64,000 nucleotides of DNA from an uncultured Candidatus Actinomarina sp. (lineage in GTDB: Bacteria > Actinomycetota > Acidimicrobiia > Actinomarinales > Actinomarinaceae), in the NCBI GenBank assembly GCA_902625455.1, contig CACOBL010000003.1, forward strand, positions 406 through 64,405, given 5' to 3'. A program made the translations under genes and the position numbers. Shown in pieces: positions 48,415 to 58,100 of this stretch. The first letter of the stretch is position 1; each line of letters opens with the position of its first letter. The notes under the pieces were generated by a model. The model had not been told where the DNA came from and ran no database searches. It saw nothing but the letters and a program-made list of their open reading frames with translations.

Positions 48415-49035
48415 ATGACTGATATCCAACAAGACGGAAGAGCACGTAGACAGCAAGATATTTTTGACCTCAATAGGACAAAACTTATTAATACAGCTGT
48501 TGATGTAATAAATGAAGTTGGCGATATTAGAGAAGTTACTTTAACTCAAATTGCAAAAGAAGCTGGTGTATCACCTGCTACAGCTTACAATCATTTTCCT
48601 GACAGAATGGAAGATGTATTTTCAGCAATTGTTCATTCCAGAATGGATGTAGCTGCAAACATGGGTGCCACACTTGCAGACGAATCTTTAAGCGTAATTG
48701 AGAAATTGAAGAAGATTCCAGTCACATATGCTGAGAACCTTGTAAGCCTTGGATATACAGGAAAAGTTATTGTTGTACAAATGTTTAATTTAATCAATGT
48801 TAATAAATGGCTAGACCAAGATCCAGTACAAGCAATTACAGCTTTATTGAGTAATTCTGAGCAATATCAAGAAAGAGCAGATGAAATTGCTGTAAATGTT
48901 GCCACAGCATTTAGGGGAGCGATGTTTGAATATGCCTTAAATATTGGTGATCATGAACTGTTTAATAGATATTCAGAGGAGTTTTTCCTTAAAACCTCCG
49001 AAAATTTAGTAGAAAACATACTAAAACAGTACTAA
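48415..49035 (+). CDS. TetR/AcrR-family transcriptional regulator
   Basis: TKLINTA...VTLTQIAKEAGVSPATAYNHF HTH; TAATAT box 6 nt upstream. Confidence 0.9.
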   Translation: MTDIQQDGRARRQQDIFDLNRTKLINTAVDVINEVGDIREVTLTQIAKEAGVSPATAYNHFPDRMEDVFSAIVHSRMDVAANMGATLADESLSVIEKLKKIPVTYAENLVSLGYTGKVIVVQMFNLINVNKWLDQDPVQAITALLSNSEQYQERADEIAVNVATAFRGAMFEYALNIGDHELFNRYSEEFFLKTSENLVENILKQY

Positions 49036-49091
49036 TTTTTTAAAAAAAACATTTACTTTTAATCGATTCCAGTTAAACTTAACTTAAGTTG

Positions 49092-49109
49092 ATTAGAATT
49101 AAATCTAAT
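49092..49109. promoter_or_regulatory. Inverted repeat ATTAGA-N6-TCTAAT overlapping a TAGAAT -10 candidate upstream of the giant gene
   Basis: Read directly from the sequence; adjacent 10-bp palindrome AACTTAAGTT at 49081-90. AT-rich, so chance is possible. Confidence 0.3.
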
Positions 49110-49130
49110 TAAAAAAAGTTGTTGTGTGTG

Positions 49131-52100
49131 ATGAATAAATATAATTTTATTTTGTTTTGTCTTAAAGTTAAGACGTTCTTTCACGCCATCAACTATAAAA
49201 AAATCACAACAACAACACTTCATGTTCTTTTATTTGCATTAGTATTTATTTCTTCTTGGGCCACACCTCAAGAAGAAGCATATGCAAATACAACATGGGA
49301 ATGTAACGATGCCGCAGAGAGAGCGTATTTCTATAAACTTGACTGGGAGTTTACCGACAACTTTTTTACAATCTCTCAATATGTTGCCACATCTACATCA
49401 ACAGTTAACTTAGATGAGACTCAAGTAAGTTTATCTGGCTTAACGGTAGGTGGAACAAGCATAACTGGTGTAAAAGGTATTAATGGTTTAGCTATGTCAC
49501 CTGATGGAAAGATGTATGTAACAATCACATCTTCAGCAAACGGTACTGATCTTTTCCAAATAAATACTAATGGTTCACTCACACACTTAAAAAATATGGG
49601 AGCATATGGAACTATTGGTCAGTTAGATTTCTATCAGCTACCAGGTGGTGGTGGTCACTATGGTTTCTCATCTGGTGAGTATGTCTCTAAAGATGGCATA
49701 GATAGAATTTATTTCTCACAGGGTGCATTTGATACTGACTCTGATGGAAATGGATCAGACATTGCCAGACCAAACTCAAACATGATCTATAACGTAGCAA
49801 ACGGTACAACAACTACCTTTCCAGATCCAGGGTTTGTTAGCCCAATTAATGCTGCTGACTACGCCTATGTAGGTGACTGGGACGGATATGAGTTGGTCAC
49901 ATATGATGCAATCAATAACAAAATACACAGATTTGATATCGATAATCCATCAAACTCATCTTCAATTGACCCACAAACAAGTGCGTTTTCTGGAGCTAGT
50001 ACTGTACTTTCAGCATTTTCTTATAAAACACCCCAAGGTGAGATTCGATTTATTGTAGATGACACTAATGGTATGCGTTTTGAGATTGTAAGAAATGGAA
50101 CAAATAACTATAGCGTTACCCAAAAAGGAAGCTCTTTCTTAACAAACAACTCTGATGGTGCTTCTTGTGGACCTAATGCATATGATCCATTTTCTCCAAC
50201 ATTTAAAGCCACTCTTACAGCATGTTCCAATGGTTTCGCTACACCACAACTTAAAATCACAAACAACAAAACAAGCACACAATACTTTGATGTAGATGTC
50301 AGTGTAGATGGAGGTTCGTTTACAAATCTTGTTGACGGGCAGTCGGTGACTCCTGGCAATGATATAACGCTTTCGGCAAATCAGGAATATGACGGTCGAA
50401 CAATACAATTCCGTATGCGCTACAACTCATCTAATCCAAGTTCAGGCACATACTACAACGTAGGTCAACAATTAACTGTCAGTGGATGTGGAAACTATAC
50501 GTTAGCAACTGGTTCTGTTGCGACTGCAAATGGAACATGTTTAGGTGATGGTACATCAAAGCCTACAATTACTCTCACAGCAACTGGTAACGCGACGGTA
50601 TTTTTTGATGTTGAGTACAAAGTTGGAAGTAGCGCCTGGCAGGCATTAAAAGATGGTGAACAAGTTACAGTTGGTTCTCCAGAGACTTACGAAATAACGT
50701 CAGCAGTAGCACACAACTCTGTCGTTACTTTTAGATATATTGTTGGCGCTAGCAATCCATCAAGTACGAACTGGACAGAGTCGTCTGGTGTAACTGTTAA
50801 CTGTCCTGTATACAGTATGACTGCAAGTTTAAATTCACCTTCATGTACAACTAATCAACCATATAAGACCTACACAATGACAGTGCAAAACACAGGTAAC
50901 CAAACGCACTATGTTCACATTAAAGGAAATATAAATCAAACTGGTCAGTCTGGAACCGAAAGTTTTATTGAATATGGCACAAATATTACTGCTAATTCAT
51001 CACGTACATTTAGTTTTCAAATGTGGCATGGTGTTACACCACAAATTAAATGGATGCATTCCACTAATTACTCCAGTTATAACCTTTTCGCAAACGGTGT
51101 TAATGGATCTTTGACGTCTAATTCAAGTTATGGATCCTATTTAAAATCCGGCGATTCTTTTCTAACGCTTGCTGACTCAGAGGTTGACTGTTTCTATGTA
51201 GGTAGTGGTGGTTCCTCTAATAACTCAAGTAGCAACTATAACCAAACTACGAAAACTATATCACAGGTTTGTGATGCTCAGGGAAGTGCTATTGCAAGAT
51301 TTACTATTAAACAAAGAGATGCAGCAAACGATAGCTTTAATGGTTTTATTGATGTTGATTACTCAACAAATGGTTCATCGTGGTCAACTCTGGCTGATGG
51401 GGTAGCATTTAACGACGGAGTAACGTTAACGTATGACTCGCCATCTACATTATCCTCGGGATCAACTGCGTATTTTAGATTTAGAATTGACGATACAAAT
51501 CCTGATAGCACAGCAGCATGGGGTATCTACACCCAGGCAATAAATTGTCAGGCTGATTTTAGTGTTTCACAAACAGTAACCTCATGTTCAGCATCTGGTC
51601 AAACTACAACACTTACAATTACTAATAACGAATCTCAGACTATTTACTTTAGAGCAGTACCTTCAAAAGTTGGTGCAAGCAATAGTGAAACATCCTCATC
51701 TAATTACGAAGATGATGATATCCAGTTATTCTCCATTGCTGCAAACACTACATACTCACACACAACAACAAAGACATATACATATGGTGTCTCCAGTTAT
51801 ATTTACTGGAAAGTTCAGGGCTCTTTTACACAAAATCCAGATTGGACCAATTCAACATTACATAACTTTAATTACACTTCAGAAGTACAAACAAATTGTA
51901 ATCCTTCAACTACTGGAGTTTATGCAATGAGTGCCTGTACTAACACAGGAAAAACTTCAACGCTTACAATACAAAATAACGAATCTGTAACTATTTATGT
52001 TCGTATTCAACCATCAGAAGATCAACTTAGTACAACTAGTTATACCAGTAACTCATATTATGATAATTCACCAGCAGCTGTCGTTTATGCAATTCCAGCA

Positions 52101-55100
52101 AACACAGCCTACACATACGATGCAAACTCAAGACCTGGTTTTCAAAAAACATATACGTCAGATGTTGGTGCGCATTATTATGCACATTGGAGATATCAAG
52201 TTTCATATGTAGAGAATGTTACTTGGTCATCAGGCCCGTTCCCTTATGTTTATGTCAGTCAAGCTAGGTCATCCGCAGATATTACTTCTGGTTATTACGG
52301 AATTAACTGCAATCAGTATGAAACACTACCAACTAGTAGTTACCAGTATCGCTTTCCTGATAATACACAAACAAATTCCTGCATAAACGATCAGATTTGG
52401 GTTTCAAATCAATTTTATAACAATTCATCAGGAAACAACGAAGCTTACTCCAAGCAGTGGTGGATTTTTGAGTACTCCGTTGATGATGGACAAAACTGGT
52501 CAACTGCAAATATTTTCTACAGGAGACACAACTCTTCTACAATCCATTCTCCTCCATCAGCAACTAATAATAATGGTTGGTCTGCAACAACTACTACTGG
52601 AACTTATATTGAAATGACAAGTTACTCTTACAGATATTTCACGATTGGAACAAGGCTTGCTGATGGTTCTGTAGTAAAACTCAGATATAAAAGAGCATTT
52701 TCACAATCAGATTTAGCTAATGCTAGTTACATAGAACTTGGTTCACAGAATATGTCAACAGCAGACAGGACTGCAGAATGTGATGTTGATTTAACAGATT
52801 TTATTGAGGGAAGTGGGAATACTGATGTGACCGTTAATGGTACTGTAGTTTCTAATCTTTTAACACAAGGCACTTGTCAAAATAATGTTAATACTGGTTT
52901 TGCAGACACCATTTTTAGTATTGAAACAGATTCAGGTTCGGCTATTTATTATCTGAAGTTAGAAAAAAAAGTTGATGGAGCTGAGAACTGGACAACGGTT
53001 TACACAAATTATCAATTAAATGCTAATACGCTACTGCAAGAAACTGCACAGCTCAATCATGGACAAACCATTCAATATAAACTACATCTCTCACCAGATA
53101 CTGGAGACTTTTCTAATGCAACTGCATATACCACACCAGTTCTAACAGTTAACTGTCCAAGTACTGGTGCACAGTTAGTTTTTGCATTAGGAGACTGTGT
53201 CTCTGGAGGTAACAAACCTGTAGTAACAATTACTAATACTGGTTACCTAACAGCGCATTATGATGTCGATTACTCTATAGATCAAGGCAGTAACTGGCTT
53301 GATGCATTTGGTACAGATGTCTACAAATCTGTTTTACCAGGTGAATCAACTACATTTACCTTTACGCCAACTATGACTCAGGGTCAGACTGTAGCTTTGA
53401 AATACAGACATGCGCCAACTGCACCAGTTACTTCAGGTGCATTCACAACAGTGAATAATACAATTCTTGTTGACTGTGATGTTAATGCAACTATTGGTGA
53501 TGTGTTACAGGTTTATACAGATGCAACATGTTATGGAGGAAATCAGCGATTTAAGGTCAAAATTGATAATGATGAAACTACTTCAATACAGCTTCAGTAC
53601 AGAGCTTCAGAAGATGGAGGATCTTCTTGGACACACGCAGGTAGCGTTACTGTAAATGCATCTACTGATGATTACGTAACAATATCTGTAGATTTTCAAC
53701 ATGGAGATTCAGTAACATTTGAATTTAGAACAGAGCTTACAGCAACTTCTGCATACTCTACATACACTTCAAAAGGTCCGTATACAGTGTCATGTAATTT
53801 AGATGATTACTTTACAATATCAACATCGTATGATGGTTGTGCTTCACTTGGCCCAGATTTATTGAAACTAAAATTACAAAAAACACAAAGTACTGGTAAT
53901 ACTTATAATTACCTACATTTTGATATTGAGATATCACATGATGGCTCTACATGGAATCCTTTTGGACCATGGATACATCATGGATATGGAAGTAATGAAA
54001 CCAATTACACCAACTATGGCACCAGTTATTACAGTAATCAATATTACAGTTCTGCATACCCAAGCCACTCAGGTTATGTAAATATTGGTACCTATACCAG
54101 TTCCAATGCTAATTTCTCAGCATTTCATTTTGTTGACTCCTCACATGCCTACAAAATTCGATATCGATATTACAACTCAAATTCGACGTCTCATGATCAT
54201 ACGGCCTTAATGAACTTGTCATGGACAACCATAGATGTTGCAGCAAACCTAGGTTGTGAATCTAATGATATTGAGCCTGTTACATTAGTGTCTACACAGC
54301 AACAGTGTCAGGAGAATAGAGGAAAAGTCCAGTTTACATTTACCGACACTACGATTTCTCACAACGATCCTTATGAAGCAGCAACATTAATTTACAGGTA
54401 CTCGACGAACGGTGGAACAACGTATTCGAATCATACAAAAGTTAATCTGAATAACTCCACAACGTTTGAGCTTCCTCAATCTGCTACGTTACCTAATACA
54501 ACAGTGATAACTGTTCAATGGGGTTACATTAGAGATTTCAATAAGATTAATAATTATTTTGACCACATAGGGTCAACAAATAAAAATGGTCTTTATACAA
54601 GAATGCCGACGAGTACTCAGAATTATAATGATGGAACTCTTTCAACAAACTTCAGTACAATTGTCTATGAAAATACCACTAATATCTCTGTGGACTGTGA
54701 TCCAGATTCCACATATTCACAGACTGTAACTGAGTGTGTGTGTAGTGATAGTGGTGCAAACTCTACATTAACTATTACTAATAACGAAAACTACACAACG
54801 TATTACAAGGTTATGTATTCATTGGATGGTGGTCTAACATGGCAGTACTCTAATCCAAATATTGAGTCGGCCTACGACATATCGGTTGCGGCGGGGGCCT
54901 CAGACTCATCACAGACAGTTTTCGTACCAGACGGAAAAACAATTACATGGAGAATAAAAGATACTACTAATGGTGGTGACTTTGTTGGTCAAGACTGGGA
55001 AACTGTCGATGCAAGTGAGACTGTTGATTGTGGTTGTTCCGGTGGTGTTGTAGATCTTACTTTAGGTTCTTGTGGAAATGGTGCTGCTACACCAACAGTA

Positions 55101-58100
55101 ACTTTGGACGTGAATTCAACAGATACAACATATTTTAAGATTGAGTATAAGAGAAGTACTGACAGTGATTGGATAGTGTATAGGGCACAGGAAACTGTGA
55201 CGGGCGGTAATGATGCTCAGTTACAGTTAGATGTCACTGTTCCTCACTCAGCAACTATTCAAGTTAGATATAGAATTAGTAAAAGCACATCAACACTAAA
55301 TACTGCAGAATTAAAATACTCAGATACACTTACTGTAGATTGTCCATTTAACACAGTTTCATTTACACCTAATACTCCTGTATGTACAACAAACAATGTA
55401 CAACAACCAAATATGACTGTTGTTAACACTACATCATCAACTTCAGCGGCGTATGTAAATGTACAATACAAAATCATTAATACAACTACTAGTGAAGATT
55501 TATCTGCTGGAACGTGGGCTAATACAACATTAATGGGAGATCTTTTGCCTGCAAACGGTGCAGCCTATGTTACAGGTGACACTATAAATGTTTCAGAGGG
55601 ACAGAAAATAATTTGGCGATATGAGTGGTCATACACCAATACTTTTGCCGGTAGCTGGACATACGACCAGACTGCATCATTTGTTAACTGTGTAAAAGAC
55701 TTTACTGTTACTCAGACACTTGGTACATGTAATGCAGGTGTAAAAGCATCAACTGTAAGGCTTACAAATAATGAGACATTTGCTACTTTATATTTCAAAG
55801 TTGAGAGATCTTTTGACAATGTCAACTTCACAGTTGTAGAGGGTAATGTTGAGGTTGCCCCAACAGGTTTTCAAGAAGTCATAGTAGATGTACCTCATAC
55901 AAAACGTGTTTACTGGAGAGTTACTGCTACCAATATCAGCAACAACTATACAGCTGCTTATGCAACAGTAGCATCAATAGTTCAGTCAGATCTTGTAGAA
56001 TGTCCAGTTGTGGCAGGTACTGCAGAAGCAAGTTTAGGTAACTGTGTTGGAGGAGCACAGCAATCTACATTCAGTTTTACAAATCCAATATCATCAAATG
56101 CAAATGCTTTCTTTCATATTCAATACACATTAGATGGTGGTTCTAACTGGACAACTATAGTGGAAGAAGTGCAGCCTGGAGCTACAGAGCAAAAAACCAT
56201 CGCTGTACCTAGTGGTCAAACAATTAGATGGAAGTATTATCCACACACACAAGTAGCTACGCCATCAGGAGTTGCCTATGTTGAGTTAACGGAAAGTGCA
56301 GTCTCAGATTGTACATTCGACACTATTGAGACAGTAGCAATAGGTGAGTGTGATACTAATGGTGAGGCACTATCTAGTTATGTAATCCAGAACAATACTG
56401 GTACAAATCTTTACTACAAAATCCAATACAAAATCCAAGGAGAAAGTGTTTATACAACTGTCGACGACGACTTCTTATTAAATGCAAATACGACATCTAC
56501 GGCGTTTACAAAATCTGTACCATCAGGAAAATATATTGAGTGGAGATATTCTGTATCGAATGATCTAAACCTTATAGCTGTAGCTACTCCAAAATCACCT
56601 ATACAAAGTGCAACAGTTAATTGTAGTATTATCGACCCAGGTTTTGAGATCGCACAAGGTTCCTGTAGAGATGGGAATAAAGATGCATACTTCTATGCTA
56701 AGAATGGTGCTGCAGCAACGTCAGATGTTTATTTCCAAGTTGAAGTAAGCGTTAATGGAGAAGCATATACATCAGCAGGAACAATTATTGTTGGACCAAA
56801 TAGCCAAGCAACAATTGAAAAAACAAATCTTTCAAATGGCAACACTATTAAGTGGAGATATAAGACTTCTAAAGATAACGTAACGTACTCCACTGATTAT
56901 TCGGAATCAAGCACAATGACTATTACATGTTTATCTGGTGATGACGTCTCTATAACTATCCCAACCACATGTAACTCTAACGGAACAAAAACTGCAACTG
57001 TTACAACGGTAAATAACAGTTCATCTGATAAATTTTATTTAATTGAATACTCACTTGAGCAAAGTCCATCTAACTGGGTTTCTTTAACAAACAATTTTGG
57101 ATTGGTCGCTTCTAACACCAACACCCAAACTAAATACTTATCTGAGGGTGAGTACTTTACTATTAGGTACAAGATTTCAAATACTAATACCACATCAGCT
57201 TTTACAGGAATTGACTATATTGTTAGCGAGACAAAAGGACCTGTTAACTGTTCTGGCGACATTGAGTGGAGAGTTGCATTAGATGCTTGTCAAAGTGGTA
57301 AAAGAGATTCAGTATTCTATTATTTAAATAAGCCAAGTACTGGTGCTCCTGTATATTTCTTAGTTGAGTATTCAATAGACGGTGGAGCTTGGACAAATCC
57401 TAAAGCAGGACAGACAGCAAATTACTATACATCCCTACATACAAATAGTAATGAGCAATCTATCTCTGTAGAAGTTGGTTCGGGATCAACAATTCAATGG
57501 AGATTCAAAGATTCTCTAAGCACAGATGCGTTTGCTAATAAATCATTTACTTCTGGAACACCTAATGGACCACTGTCAGTGCTATGTGATGGAAGCATTT
57601 CACACAACGTTACTATTGGTTCATGTGTTGACAGAAAAGCATCATCAACATTGACATTGACAAATGATGGATTTGTAGATGTTTATGTCGATGTATGGAT
57701 AAGTTATGACGGTGGAGCTAATTGGAACAACCATGCAACTAGTCAGAAAGTTATAACAACATCACCAAAAGTATTTACTCAGAACAATATTACAAACGGA
57801 TCAGTTGTTAAGTGGAAATACAAATATGCAAGTACTTCTGCTGCAATTTCAAGCGCAAGCGATGTTTTAACTGATGATAAACCAGCAATTGATTGTGATT
57901 CATTAGTAACAACTCAGATTACATATTCACATGCATTTGATTCATGTGCTGATGGTGAGAGAGTTGGAACATTTACAATTAATAACCCATCAACAACAAA
58001 CAATACTGTATATGTAGAGGTGCAGTACAGAACAAAATCATCACAATCAAATAATTTCTGGACACCATATACAACATTAAATGTTGAGAGTATTGCTGCA

